Of a DNA stretch of 49,569 bases, positions 1-9,679 are shown piece after piece. Source of the stretch: Candidatus Krumholzibacteriia bacterium (GTDB lineage: Bacteria > Krumholzibacteriota > Krumholzibacteriia > WVZY01); NCBI GenBank assembly GCA_029863805.1, contig JAOTUR010000002.1, positions 1 through 49,569 of the forward strand, read 5' to 3'. The notes beneath the pieces were generated by a model. It did no database searches. It was not told the origin of the DNA and worked only from the letters and a program-made list of their open reading frames with translations. Within the stretch, counting starts at the first letter, position 1. Each line of letters starts with the position of its first letter. A program made the translations under genes and the position numbers.

Positions 1-1
1 G

Positions 2-571
2 GCGCATCGTTTTCGAGCCGTGAATCTGGGAGTTCTGGTGGGTATTGACACAATCCTTATCGACGCACCGCGCTTGGACTGCCGATTGTTGGATGGCGTG
101 AAATCGCCCGTGCCTGTTGTGCTCGATACGCGCCTACGATTTCCGGATCGATATCCGTGGATAGCGGAGGGCCGAGAGTTTTTGATCGTCACCGGGCCAA
201 ATCCCGATCCCGACAAGGTCCGCAAGCTCGAGCAAGCGCGGGGTGAGGTTATACGATGTGAATTGAGTGGGGGTCGCGTGGACATTGCCTGTGCCATGGA
301 GTTGGTTGCCAAGCGGGGTATATCGAGCGTTCTTATCGAGGGAGGAGCAAAAGTTCTAGCGAGCTTCCTGGCGCCAGGTTTGTGGGATGGTCTGCATCTG
401 TTTATGTCCCCTACGCTTTTTGGGCCCGAGGGCGTGAATCTGGTTGGGGAACGGGTGGATGTGGGTGAGTCGTTTCTGGCCAACGTCGGGCAGGTGTCAG
501 GAGACGTCCTTACCAGCTATCTCAACGCAAAGACCCGCGCCACCATGCTGGAGCGGTTACTCTGGGGGTAA
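2..571 (+). CDS. ribD: RibD C-terminal (reductase) domain, 5'-truncated by the window edge
   Basis: Frame is open from base 2 (AHRFRAVNLGVLVGIDTILIDAPRLDCR, matching the RibD HxxR..A.LVG.gT...D.P.L..R pattern). Also has SVLIEGGA and LFMSPTLFG motifs. First gene of the rib cluster. Confidence 0.85.
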   Translation, partial: AHRFRAVNLGVLVGIDTILIDAPRLDCRLLDGVKSPVPVVLDTRLRFPDRYPWIAEGREFLIVTGPNPDPDKVRKLEQARGEVIRCELSGGRVDIACAMELVAKRGISSVLIEGGAKVLASFLAPGLWDGLHLFMSPTLFGPEGVNLVGERVDVGESFLANVGQVSGDVLTSYLNAKTRATMLERLLWG

Positions 572-578
572 GAGAGGC

Positions 579-1229
579 GTGTTTACAGGCATCATACAGC
601 ATGTGGGCACGATCGAACGGAAAGGGGAAAGGCGCGAGGGTGTCGAGTTCGCCGTCGTGGCGTCCAACTTCGCAAGGCGGTTGTCTCCCGGTGACAGCGT
701 ATCCATAAATGGTGTGTGTCAGACTGTCGAGACCGTGGTTGCCGACACGTTCACTTTTACGGCGGTGGGCGAGACGCTCAAGCGGACGACCTTCGACAGG
801 GTCAGATCGCGAAGCGCGGTCAACCTGGAAGCCGCGGCGACGGTCGAGACAGCGCTAGGGGGACACCTGGTTCAGGGGCATGTTGATGGTGTGGGGATCG
901 TAGAGGCTTTCGAGTGGGTGGGAAAAGACCGGCTGCTCACGATCGGATTGCCGGAGAGTATTTTTGCTTATATGGTGCCAAAGGGCTCGATAGCCGTCGA
1001 TGGAGTGAGTTTGACCATTGTAGAAGCCACAGTGGAAAACAGAGTGACGATCACGATCATCCCTTTTACCATCGAAAAGACAGTTTTCAAGCACTATCGG
1101 GCAGGGACGCGCGTCAATATTGAGGTCGACATCGTTGGAAAGTATGTGAAGGAATATTTGGTGAAGATCATTGGTGACGGCAGTCGACGAGAGGACGAGC
1201 TGTCGAGGAAGTCAAAAGAGGTGACGTAA
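579..1229 (+). CDS. ribE: Riboflavin synthase alpha chain
   Basis: GTG at 579 after AGAGAGG gives the canonical MFTGII N-terminus. Motifs [48 protein letters not shown]. Confidence 0.95.
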   Translation: MFTGIIQHVGTIERKGERREGVEFAVVASNFARRLSPGDSVSINGVCQTVETVVADTFTFTAVGETLKRTTFDRVRSRSAVNLEAAATVETALGGHLVQGHVDGVGIVEAFEWVGKDRLLTIGLPESIFAYMVPKGSIAVDGVSLTIVEATVENRVTITIIPFTIEKTVFKHYRAGTRVNIEVDIVGKYVKEYLVKIIGDGSRREDELSRKSKEVT

Positions 1230-2476
1230 TGGACGTCTTTTGCAGCGTTGAACAAGCCATTGACGAGATTCGGCGGGGCAACATAGTCATCGTAGTGGAT
1301 GATGAAGCCAGAGAAAACGAGGGCGATATGATCCTCGCGGCAGATAAGGTAACGCCGGAAAACATTAACTTTATGACGAAGTACGCGCGAGGGCTGATAT
1401 GTCTGGCGTTGACGGGTGAAAGACTGGAAGAGCTGGACCTCAAACCCATGGTGTCCAAGAACACGGCAAAGATGGGAACTGCGTTCACAGTATCCATCGA
1501 CGCCATAAGAGGTACAACGTCCGGTATCAGCGCTTTTGACCGCACCATAACCATACAGTCCGCTCTAAGTCCAGAGGCACAGGCCAACGATTTTGCTCGG
1601 CCGGGTCACGTGTTTCCTCTGCGGGCCTATCCCGGCGGAGTTCTGCGGCGAGCGGGACATACCGAGGCCTCGGTAGATCTGTCCATCATGGCTGGCCTCT
1701 ATCCGGGTGGTGTGCTGTGCGAAATCATGGATGAGGATGGCCATATGGCTCGTTTACCACGTCTGATCTCCGTCGCGGAGAGGCATGGCTTGAAAATTTT
1801 GACTATTCAGAATCTCATCGAGCATCGAAGAAAACACGAGAAGCTTGTCGAGCGCCGGTGCGCCACTCTGTTGCCCACTCGCTATGGTGACTTCACGCTA
1901 CATCTTTATCAGAATCGTCTGGATGGTTCACAGCACGTCGCCCTTGTAAAAGGGGAAGTTCGGCCGGACGAACCGATTCTGGTTCGGGTCCATTCGGAAT
2001 GCCTCACCGGTGATTTGTTCCGATCCTTGCGCTGTGATTGCGGACCGCAGCTGCACAGGGCGCTGCTGAACATCGCACAGGAAACGGCGGGCGTTCTGCT
2101 TTATATGCGGCAGGAGGGCCGCGGAATAGGTCTGGAAAACAAGATTAAGGCTTACGAATTGCAAGATGCGGGCCGCGATACGGTTGAGGCCAACGAGGAT
2201 CTTGGGTTCCCCGCTGATTTGCGCGACTATGGTATTGGAGCACAGATACTGGTAGACCTAGGTGTTCAAAAAATGCGGTTACTTACCAACAACCCAAAGA
2301 AGGTTGTTGGTCTAAAGGCGTACGGAATAGAAATCGTCGAGCGCGTGCCCGTGGAAGTGCCTGCCAACGAGAATAATGTCCGTTATCTGTCTACAAAGCG
2401 TGATAAGCTTGGCCACATGCTCGAAGGTCTGTCAGTGGACCTCGAGCGGCTAAACGGTACGGATCGGAAGGAGTAG
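1229..2476 (+). CDS. ribBA: Bifunctional DHBP synthase / GTP cyclohydrolase II
   Basis: [14 protein letters not shown] and RAGHTE (RibB). [24 protein letters not shown] and TNNPKK (RibA). TAATG overlap with ribE. Confidence 0.97.
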   Translation: MDVFCSVEQAIDEIRRGNIVIVVDDEARENEGDMILAADKVTPENINFMTKYARGLICLALTGERLEELDLKPMVSKNTAKMGTAFTVSIDAIRGTTSGISAFDRTITIQSALSPEAQANDFARPGHVFPLRAYPGGVLRRAGHTEASVDLSIMAGLYPGGVLCEIMDEDGHMARLPRLISVAERHGLKILTIQNLIEHRRKHEKLVERRCATLLPTRYGDFTLHLYQNRLDGSQHVALVKGEVRPDEPILVRVHSECLTGDLFRSLRCDCGPQLHRALLNIAQETAGVLLYMRQEGRGIGLENKIKAYELQDAGRDTVEANEDLGFPADLRDYGIGAQILVDLGVQKMRLLTNNPKKVVGLKAYGIEIVERVPVEVPANENNVRYLSTKRDKLGHMLEGLSVDLERLNGTDRKE

Positions 2477-2479
2477 ACG

Positions 2480-2941
2480 ATGCCGAACGTGCACGAGGCC
2501 ATGATGAAGGCGGCGAAAAAAAAGGTTGCAATCGTCGCTGGCCGATTCAACGATTTTGTCACGGGACGTCTGGTCAGTAGCGCAATCGACTGTGTGGTAA
2601 GGCATGGTGGAAACTCTGCCGACGTAGATGTCTACTGGGTGCCCGGGTCGTTTGAGGTGCCTCAGCTGGCGGCGAAGATAGCGATGGACAAAAAATTCGA
2701 TGGCATAATCTGCGTGGGGGCGATAATAAGAGGTGAAACGAATCACTTTGATAATCTCTGCGTAGCGGTTATATCGTCGATCGCTAAGGTGTCGATGAAC
2801 TGCTCGATACCTGTAACATATGGCATAGTCACGGCTGACACCGCCGAGCAAGCGATGAACCGTGCCGGAGGCAAGAATGGCAACAAGGGCTGGGACAGCG
2901 CGTTGGCTCTAATCGAAATGATGAGCCTGTGGGAGAGCTGA
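2480..2941 (+). CDS. ribH: 6,7-dimethyl-8-ribityllumazine synthase
   Basis: RFND, VPGSFEVP, GAIIRGETNHFD and GNKGWDSA motifs. AAGGAG RBS upstream. Confidence 0.95.
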   Translation: MPNVHEAMMKAAKKKVAIVAGRFNDFVTGRLVSSAIDCVVRHGGNSADVDVYWVPGSFEVPQLAAKIAMDKKFDGIICVGAIIRGETNHFDNLCVAVISSIAKVSMNCSIPVTYGIVTADTAEQAMNRAGGKNGNKGWDSALALIEMMSLWES

Positions 2942-2948
2942 CAGCAAC

Positions 2949-3365
2949 GTGGGTAAGCGACGTAAGGCACGGGAAGTTGTTCTGCAGGTTCTCTACGAGG
3001 CAGAATTCTCTGATTGCTCATGGGAGGAAATCCTCCAAGAACAAGTTGGCCGCAGGTCGTCCAGCGATGATACTGTACAGCACGCGAGAGCACTGCTGGC
3101 AAAGGCATACGAGCATATGTCCGAGCTGGATGAAAAAATTCGTGCCGTGCTCAGCAACTGGGACCTTGAGCGAGTGTCTCTGATCGACAAGAACATAATG
3201 AGGTTTGCGCTCGCCGAGATCCTGTTCTTTCCACAAGTACCGTCAAAAGTCATTATCAATGAGGCGATTGAAGTTGCACACAAATATAGCTCCCGCGAGG
3301 CTGGGAAGTTTGTCAACGGAATCCTAGATCGCTTCGTGCAGACTTACCGGCAGGATTTAATTTGA
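2949..3365 (+). CDS. nusB: Transcription antitermination factor NusB
   Basis: N-terminal RRKARE..LQVLY, WDLERVSLIDKNI, INEAIEVA.KY and KFVNGILD. Classic ribH-nusB synteny. Confidence 0.95.
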   Translation: MGKRRKAREVVLQVLYEAEFSDCSWEEILQEQVGRRSSSDDTVQHARALLAKAYEHMSELDEKIRAVLSNWDLERVSLIDKNIMRFALAEILFFPQVPSKVIINEAIEVAHKYSSREAGKFVNGILDRFVQTYRQDLI

Positions 3366-4093
3366 GATTCTTAGTTCTTTCGGACATTCACAGCAATCTC
3401 GAGGCACTGACCGCCGTTCTCGCCGATGCCGAAGACAAACAGATCGATTCGATTGTTTGTTTGGGCGATTTTGTGGGTTATGGCGCAAACCCAGACGAGT
3501 GCGTGCAGACTATTGCCAGTGTGCCCAATGCGACCGCGGTCCTGGGCAATCACGATGCTGCCGTGATCGATAGTGATCAGCGGGAGCTTTTCAACCCCGT
3601 CGCCAAAGCGGGTATACTCTACAGCGAGAGCAGGCTCGGCGAGGATAGCAAGGCGTACCTCAGCGGCTTGCCTCTCGTTATTGAATCGCCTCCGAATTTT
3701 ATCGCCGTCCACTCCTCGCCCTTTCGCCCTGAGGGTTGGGTGTATGTGATTGAACCTTCCGACGCTGCGGATGCCTTCTACAGCATGAGGCAGACACTCG
3801 CGTTTATCGGGCATACCCACTTTCCTGTCGTGCATGCCGATAACGGATCGGTGATCCCGTTTCTTCCGGGGGATCGCGTCAAAGTCGATGAAAAACAAAA
3901 AATAATGATCAACGTGGGGAGTGTCGGGCAACCGCGTGACGGAGACGCGCGTGCGGCTTATGTTGTCTATGATTCTGGCCAAAAGGCGGCGAGTATATTC
4001 CGGGTGCACTACGACATCGATCGCGCTGCCGCCAAGATTATAGAGGCGGGGCTTCCCCCTATGCTAGCGGCCAGACTTCGGCGTGGCTACTAG
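3362..4093 (+). CDS. Calcineurin-like metallophosphoesterase
   Basis: SDIHSN, LGDFVGYG, GNHD, GHTH and NVGSVGQPRDGD motifs. TTGA overlap with the nusB stop. Confidence 0.9.
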   Translation: MRFLVLSDIHSNLEALTAVLADAEDKQIDSIVCLGDFVGYGANPDECVQTIASVPNATAVLGNHDAAVIDSDQRELFNPVAKAGILYSESRLGEDSKAYLSGLPLVIESPPNFIAVHSSPFRPEGWVYVIEPSDAADAFYSMRQTLAFIGHTHFPVVHADNGSVIPFLPGDRVKVDEKQKIMINVGSVGQPRDGDARAAYVVYDSGQKAASIFRVHYDIDRAAAKIIEAGLPPMLAARLRRGY

Positions 4094-4110
4094 ACCTGCG
4101 GCGTGGCTGG

Positions 4111-4869
4111 ATGAAGCGATCTTCAAATAAAACACATTGGGATGACTTCTGGTCGGCGTCACGCGATCTTGGGGATGTCTATGGCACAGACGACCGTATC
4201 CTCGAGAATCTGGGTAAATATGTAGATCTTGCCGGGCTCCGTGTCTTGGAAGTCGGTGCAGGAACGGGAAGGGACACCGACAAGATCGCCTCACAGCAGG
4301 CGTTTGCCTGCGCGTTGGATTACAGCGAGCAGTCCTTGACGTTGATGAGTGATAATCTCAAGCACTCCGTTTACATCGTTTGCGGTGACGCGTTCAACCT
4401 ACCTTTTACGGATGAGTCTTTTGACGTCGTTTTTCATCAAGGCCTAATGGAGCATTTTAGGAATCCCGGTGAAATGTTGGACGAGAACGTTCGTGTTTTG
4501 AAAAAGGGCGGCCTACTACTGGTCGACGTGCCACAGCGTTACCATTACTACACTCTTTTGAAGCACATTCTAATTCTGTTCGGAAAGTGGTTTGCGGGAT
4601 GGGAGACCGAGTTCTCCGTATCGCAGCTTCGTCGCCTCATCGAGGAGCGAGGACTGCGGGTAGCGGGAATTTATGGACATAATCCGTCGCCTCCGATATG
4701 GTATCGGGGACTTCGCCGGGTGCTTCTCCGGCTGGGCGTGCGTCTTTCGATGTATCCCGTGACTCCCCGAGTCGTGCGAACGGTGCTGCGATCTGCCCGG
4801 GGCTTGGTGCCACCACGATTAATTTTGAATACGGCGATGGTAATTGGCTGTGTAGCCAGAAAGAATTAG
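4111..4869 (+). CDS. Class I SAM-dependent methyltransferase
   Basis: VLEVGAGTG motif I, GDAFNLPF..ESFDVV, RVLKKGG. Confidence 0.85.
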   Translation: MKRSSNKTHWDDFWSASRDLGDVYGTDDRILENLGKYVDLAGLRVLEVGAGTGRDTDKIASQQAFACALDYSEQSLTLMSDNLKHSVYIVCGDAFNLPFTDESFDVVFHQGLMEHFRNPGEMLDENVRVLKKGGLLLVDVPQRYHYYTLLKHILILFGKWFAGWETEFSVSQLRRLIEERGLRVAGIYGHNPSPPIWYRGLRRVLLRLGVRLSMYPVTPRVVRTVLRSARGLVPPRLILNTAMVIGCVARKN

Positions 4870-4882
4870 AGCGGAGGGCTGT

Positions 4883-5995
4883 TTGGCAAGATTTGTGGCC
4901 GTGAACTGGCGCGATCTCAGAAATCCAGAAGCCGGAGGGGCCGAGGTTCACCTTCACGAGATACTGAAACGAATGGCCGCTAGCGGTCATGAAGTGACTT
5001 TATTTGCAACGGGTTTCCCAGGAGGTTTGGAAAGAGAAAGCTACGATGGTATAGATGTAATTAGAAAAGGTTCTTGGTACAATGCCAACTACGTCCTGCC
5101 GTTACAGGTAAGATCCTTTTGTGCGCGTAACACAGTCGACCTGGTCATCGAGGACATAAACAAGATTCCTTTTTTTCTTCCAGCTCTGACAAAAACCAGG
5201 GTGCTCCCAGTTATCCCACACCTTTTTGGTACGACCGTATACCGCGAAACCAACTTTTTGTTAGCCAGTTACGTCTTCCTGTGGGAACGACTCATCCCCT
5301 GGGTTTACAGAGGCTGCCGCTTCGCCGTGATAAGCCCCAGTACGAAGAGTGACCTTATCGCAAGGGGGATTCGCGAAGACCGGATAGAAGTCGTCCTGTG
5401 CGGGCTCGATCATGCTAAGTATCGGCGTATTGAGGGGCTGGACAGGTATTCTGATCCGACCATCATCCATTTCGGCCGAATCAGAAAATACAAGTCAATT
5501 GATTTGGTCGTCAGGGCTTTTGCGCGGATAAAGGCAGAGATGCCAAACGCCCGGTTGCTCGTTGTCGGGGACGGACCGGAGAAACCCCACATCGTCGATT
5601 TCGTTGACAAATTGGGCCTTAGCGAATCTGTAAGATTTCTGGGGGTAATAAAGACCGAAGAACTGGTAAGGCTGCTCAATCAGGTCCACGTTTTTCTCAA
5701 TGCGAGTCCGAAAGAAGGATGGGGGCTAACCGTGGTCGAGGCCAACGCCTGTGGAGTACCGGTGGTCGCGAGCGATCGTCCCGGACTTCGCGATTCGGTT
5801 CAGGAGGGCGAAACCGGTTACCTCGTCGAGTATGGTGATGTCGCGGCTTTCGCCGAAAGGTCGCTGTCGTTGATAAGGGACACGCAGAAGTGGCATGATA
5901 TGAGTGCGGCGGCCACGGCCTGGGCGAAATCACTGACTTGGGACCGCACTGCCAGTGAGATGGAGAAGATCTTTCACGACGAAATGGCAACGTAA
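4883..5995 (+). CDS. Glycosyltransferase family 4
   Basis: GGAE near the N-terminus, GRIRKYK, GDG, EGWGLTVVEANACGVPVV (EX7E) and GETGYLV. TTG start after GGAGG. Confidence 0.9.
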   Translation: MARFVAVNWRDLRNPEAGGAEVHLHEILKRMAASGHEVTLFATGFPGGLERESYDGIDVIRKGSWYNANYVLPLQVRSFCARNTVDLVIEDINKIPFFLPALTKTRVLPVIPHLFGTTVYRETNFLLASYVFLWERLIPWVYRGCRFAVISPSTKSDLIARGIREDRIEVVLCGLDHAKYRRIEGLDRYSDPTIIHFGRIRKYKSIDLVVRAFARIKAEMPNARLLVVGDGPEKPHIVDFVDKLGLSESVRFLGVIKTEELVRLLNQVHVFLNASPKEGWGLTVVEANACGVPVVASDRPGLRDSVQEGETGYLVEYGDVAAFAERSLSLIRDTQKWHDMSAAATAWAKSLTWDRTASEMEKIFHDEMAT

Positions 5996-6006
5996 GACCA
6001 TTCAAT

Positions 6007-6996
6007 ATGAAGTTGTCGAGTACAGTCGCTAGGCTCTTCCTAAAGGTTGTCGTCAGCACCTCGCTGCTTATTTTTCTTTTTAGCAAGATCTCCGCCGAAA
6101 GTCTCCTCGTCCATTTGCACAGCATGAATCGGGCGACGATTGCCGTCGGCATCCTCGTGTTTTTTGCGAGTAATCTCATTGGGTCTTTTCAGTGGCATCT
6201 TTTGCTCACTGCGAGTGGGGTGCGCCTTGCCTTTCTACAGTCGTTTCGTTTTTATTTCGTGGGGCTGTTTTTTAATAACTTTCTACCCGCCAATATCGGG
6301 GGGGACGTCGTGAAGGTTCACAACGTCACCAGGATTGGTAGTAGTGTTTATCAAGTAATTGCCGTTACGCTGCTCGATCGCCTGTTAGGTATCTTCAGCC
6401 TCTGTTTGCTAGCTACCGGTGCTGTTATCGGCGTGATGCGGTTCTCACCCATAGACTTCCTTGGCATTTACTTTATCATTTTTGTTGGATGCATGGCCGC
6501 ACCCCTCGGTTTTTACTACTGTGAGCCGCTCAGCTGCAGGCTACGGCGTTTGGTCGCATCTATTCGTCCTCTGTCCCTGGACAAGAGAGGATCTTCGATT
6601 CTCGATTACATGGGCGAGTTCAAATCCCGGCGATTATTTGTCGCCAGGCTTGTATTGCTGTCAGTCGTAATACAGTTCTTGCGCGTGTTGACTCACGTTT
6701 TGGTAGCGCTGGGACTCGGGGTTCACGTCGACCCAGCGGTCTTCGGTCTGTTTTTTGTGTTCGTTCCACTGCTCAGCCTGGCCATGATACCACCGATTAC
6801 CGTGAACGGCCTGGGCGTACGCGAGGGGCTCGGTATTCTGCTTTTTGCCGGTGCAGGAATCGGTCGAACCGATGCCTTCGCCATCGAGTTTCTGACATAT
6901 ATCGTCTCGGTTCTGGTGAGTCTGCTGGGGGTGATTTTCTTCCTAGCGCGACCCAAGAGCCGGGACAAGGCAAGTTTTGATACCGTACACATTTAG
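6007..6996 (+). CDS. Lysylphosphatidylglycerol synthase TM / UPF0104 flippase-like membrane protein
   Basis: Multi-pass hydrophobic protein with GLFFNNFLPANIGGDV, DRLLG and PITVNGLGVREG motifs typical of this family. Confidence 0.8.
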   Translation: MKLSSTVARLFLKVVVSTSLLIFLFSKISAESLLVHLHSMNRATIAVGILVFFASNLIGSFQWHLLLTASGVRLAFLQSFRFYFVGLFFNNFLPANIGGDVVKVHNVTRIGSSVYQVIAVTLLDRLLGIFSLCLLATGAVIGVMRFSPIDFLGIYFIIFVGCMAAPLGFYYCEPLSCRLRRLVASIRPLSLDKRGSSILDYMGEFKSRRLFVARLVLLSVVIQFLRVLTHVLVALGLGVHVDPAVFGLFFVFVPLLSLAMIPPITVNGLGVREGLGILLFAGAGIGRTDAFAIEFLTYIVSVLVSLLGVIFFLARPKSRDKASFDTVHI

Positions 6997-7135
6997 CGGT
7001 TGATCGTCTAGGCGAGCTGAGGTAGGTTATAAGCTCGATAATTTGATGTTTTTTTGATGGAACCTTAGAGGCCAAAATCAATAGAATCTAAATAGCCAGA
7101 AGACGTATCTATTTATCGAACAAGGGTTAGACTAG
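6997..7135 (+). promoter_or_regulatory. AT-rich intergenic region, probable promoter region of the DUF2723 gene
   Basis: 139-bp AT-rich gap. TTTGATG occurs twice (7042-7048 and 7053-7059) and TAGAAT at 7082. No well-spaced -35/-10 pair was found. Confidence 0.3.
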
Positions 7136-9664
7136 ATGGCGCGTGGACAGAAGCTCAAGCCCGAGCGCAGCAATGCCACTCGCGGGCAGGACCCGCCGGT
7201 GGGGACGATCGGCGTGACGCCGGTGGCGAGACGCTACTTTTGGATCGGTGGCATGATGGTGTTTGTCTTTAGCCTCGGGCTTTACATAAGGACCATGGCC
7301 CCGAGCGCTCCATTTTGGGACGCCGGAGAGTTCATCGCCACCGCGTTTACCTTGGGTATTCCCCACTCGCCTGGCACGCCACTCTACGTAGTCGTCGGGC
7401 GAGTTTTTACCATGCTGCCGCTTCCCTTCAGCATCGCGGCCAGGGTCAACTTCATGTCGGTTCTTTTTGGCAGCCTGGGCGTGGTCTTTGTCTATGTGCT
7501 TGCGGTACGATTTCTCGATTACATGTTGGACAAGAGCGTCACTAGGTCGGACGCGTTCATCAAGGTGGTCGGTGCGGTCGTCGGTGCGTTGTTCATTGCT
7601 TTTAGCGAGACGTACTGGACTAACTCGACTGAAGCCGAAGTCTATGCAATGAGCGTGTTCTTTATGGGTTTTGTCACTTGGTTGGGGCTCAAGTGGTCGG
7701 ATAATCCGACGGGTGAAAAATCGGTTGTTTACATTTATCTGCTTTTCTACCTTCTCGCCCTTAGCGTAGGTCTTCACCTGGGAACCATACTGGCAGCGTC
7801 CGGGGTGTTCTTGTTGATCCTCATGACGAAAACAAAGACATTTAGCAATACACAGTTTCTGCTTGCATGCGCAGGAGTCGCCATATTTGTCGGAGACGCT
7901 ACATTGTACAGGGCAGGAACGGTGACGCTGGTGCTGCTGGCGCTGTTTGTCCTTGCCATAATGTTCTTCTATACCCAATCCAAGTCAAGATTCGCAATCA
8001 TCTGCAGTGCGTTATTCTTTGTGGGCTTATCGATTCATTTTTATCTGTTGATTCGCTCGGGTCACAACCCGGCTATAGACGAGGCCGATCCCGAGACGTG
8101 GCGCGGTCTGTACGCGGTATTACGACGGGAACAGTATCCTCCGCCCAACGTTTTTGCGCGTAAGGCGTCCTTCGCTTTTCAGCTCCAGCACTTCAACGAC
8201 TACTTCCAAGGTCAGTTCAAGATGGCAACGGCGTATATCGGCAAACTGAACATGGGTTCGGTGATACCGCTGGCGCTGGGTATCTGGGGTATGGTCGATC
8301 AGTACGCGAAACATCGAAGAACCTTTGTCGTGCTTTTTGTGACTTGGCTGGTGGTGAGCATGGGCATGATTCTTTATCTGAACTTTTCCGATGCTGAAGT
8401 CAGGGAGCGCGACTATTTTTATCTACCGGCTTTTTATTATTTTGCTGTCTTTATCGGCATAGGGGTCGGGAGCTTGCTGGCAGAGATCAGACGTTTCCTG
8501 GCTCGAAGGTCCATCAGCGGAATGACCGCGGTCATCGTGCCGGCTGTGGTCTTCATAAGTCTCCCTTTATTCACGATGCGTCATCACTTTCATGAGCGCG
8601 ACAGGTCCGAGGACTACGTTTGTCGAGAGTACGCCAAGAATATGCTGGTTGGTCTCGGGGATGATGCGATCATCTTCACCAACGGGGACAACGACACCTT
8701 CCCGCTTTGGTATATTCAGGAGGTCGAAGGGTACAGAAAAGACGTGCGGGTTGTGAATTTGAGTCTTTTGAATACTCCATGGTATCTCAAGCAGTTGAAA
8801 AATAATGAGCCGAAACTGAAAATGGCGTGGACCGATCGCGAAGTAGAGGGACTACGCCCGATCAAGGCAAAAGACGGTTGGATTCTTATCAGGGATCTGG
8901 GCGTTCAACATATCCTCAGGCAAAACAGCAACTCCAGGCCGATCTATTTCGCTGTGACAATTCCACCGGACATATATTTGCCTTATCGCGAGTTCATGGA
9001 GATGGAGGGCCTCGCGTATCGTATAGTTCCAAAAAAGGGCAGAAACATGGTGAATGTGGCAAAATTAGAGGACAATGTCTGGAATAAATTCAGTTACCAG
9101 GGTCTGCTCAACGCAGACTGGACTCGAGATGAATCGGTCCATCAGCCACCGTTTGTGCGCCGTTTGTGTCAAAACTACTCGGCGGCCTTCGCTCAACTGG
9201 GCTTCATGAAAGCTCAGGTGGGGAACTATGAGGAAGGGATCAAGAATCTCGAGGTGGCAGAGCGAATCACGCCGGATCTCCCCGCGGTTGTGACCTGGTT
9301 GGGTTGGTACTATCTGGAAAGCGGTGACTCGACAAAGTCAGTGGAATATTATAGAAGTCACATCGAAAGAAACCCCAATAATTGTGATTTTCGTTACCGT
9401 TTGGCAGGTGTTCAGGAGCGGATACGTGATCTGACAGGCGCCCTTGAGACTCTCGAGGAACTCATCGGATACTGCCCAGATTATCGAGACGCGGTGCTCA
9501 GTGCGGTCGCCATCTGCGTCAACTTCAATTTCATCGATCGCGCGCTAAAATACGTCGATGATTGGCTAGTCCGCTATCCCAATGACGCAGCGATGAGACA
9601 AACACGCGAAGATTTGGTCAGCCGTCGCGCGCCGACGGGAGACACAACCCGCCAGCGACAGTAA
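7136..9664 (+). CDS. DUF2723 / TMEM260-like GT-C membrane glycosyltransferase with C-terminal TPRs
   Basis: FWDAGEFIA...LGIPHSPGTPLY, EAEVY, LRREQY, RERDYFY and FTNGDNDTFPLWYIQEVEG.R.DVRVVNLSLL signatures. Many TM helices, then a helical TPR-like tail (YEEGIKNLEVAERITPD, RYRLAGVQERI). Confidence 0.85.
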   Translation: MARGQKLKPERSNATRGQDPPVGTIGVTPVARRYFWIGGMMVFVFSLGLYIRTMAPSAPFWDAGEFIATAFTLGIPHSPGTPLYVVVGRVFTMLPLPFSIAARVNFMSVLFGSLGVVFVYVLAVRFLDYMLDKSVTRSDAFIKVVGAVVGALFIAFSETYWTNSTEAEVYAMSVFFMGFVTWLGLKWSDNPTGEKSVVYIYLLFYLLALSVGLHLGTILAASGVFLLILMTKTKTFSNTQFLLACAGVAIFVGDATLYRAGTVTLVLLALFVLAIMFFYTQSKSRFAIICSALFFVGLSIHFYLLIRSGHNPAIDEADPETWRGLYAVLRREQYPPPNVFARKASFAFQLQHFNDYFQGQFKMATAYIGKLNMGSVIPLALGIWGMVDQYAKHRRTFVVLFVTWLVVSMGMILYLNFSDAEVRERDYFYLPAFYYFAVFIGIGVGSLLAEIRRFLARRSISGMTAVIVPAVVFISLPLFTMRHHFHERDRSEDYVCREYAKNMLVGLGDDAIIFTNGDNDTFPLWYIQEVEGYRKDVRVVNLSLLNTPWYLKQLKNNEPKLKMAWTDREVEGLRPIKAKDGWILIRDLGVQHILRQNSNSRPIYFAVTIPPDIYLPYREFMEMEGLAYRIVPKKGRNMVNVAKLEDNVWNKFSYQGLLNADWTRDESVHQPPFVRRLCQNYSAAFAQLGFMKAQVGNYEEGIKNLEVAERITPDLPAVVTWLGWYYLESGDSTKSVEYYRSHIERNPNNCDFRYRLAGVQERIRDLTGALETLEELIGYCPDYRDAVLSAVAICVNFNFIDRALKYVDDWLVRYPNDAAMRQTREDLVSRRAPTGDTTRQRQ

Positions 9665-9679
9665 CAAAACTGCACTCCC

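Noticed and set aside
444-578. N-terminal extension of riboflavin synthase
   Set aside because: Overlaps ribD. The family begins with MFTGI, which fixes the start at 579. Similar upstream extensions of rsmH, ftsL, ftsA, ftsZ and the Zn-ribbon ORF were trimmed on RBS and overlap grounds.
1-600. FMN riboswitch expected for a rib operon
   Set aside because: The window starts inside ribD, so any leader is outside it. None was seen before ribE.
7127-7978. 283-aa minus-strand ORF
   Set aside because: Antisense shadow of the hydrophobic DUF2723 gene, with no motifs and atypical composition.
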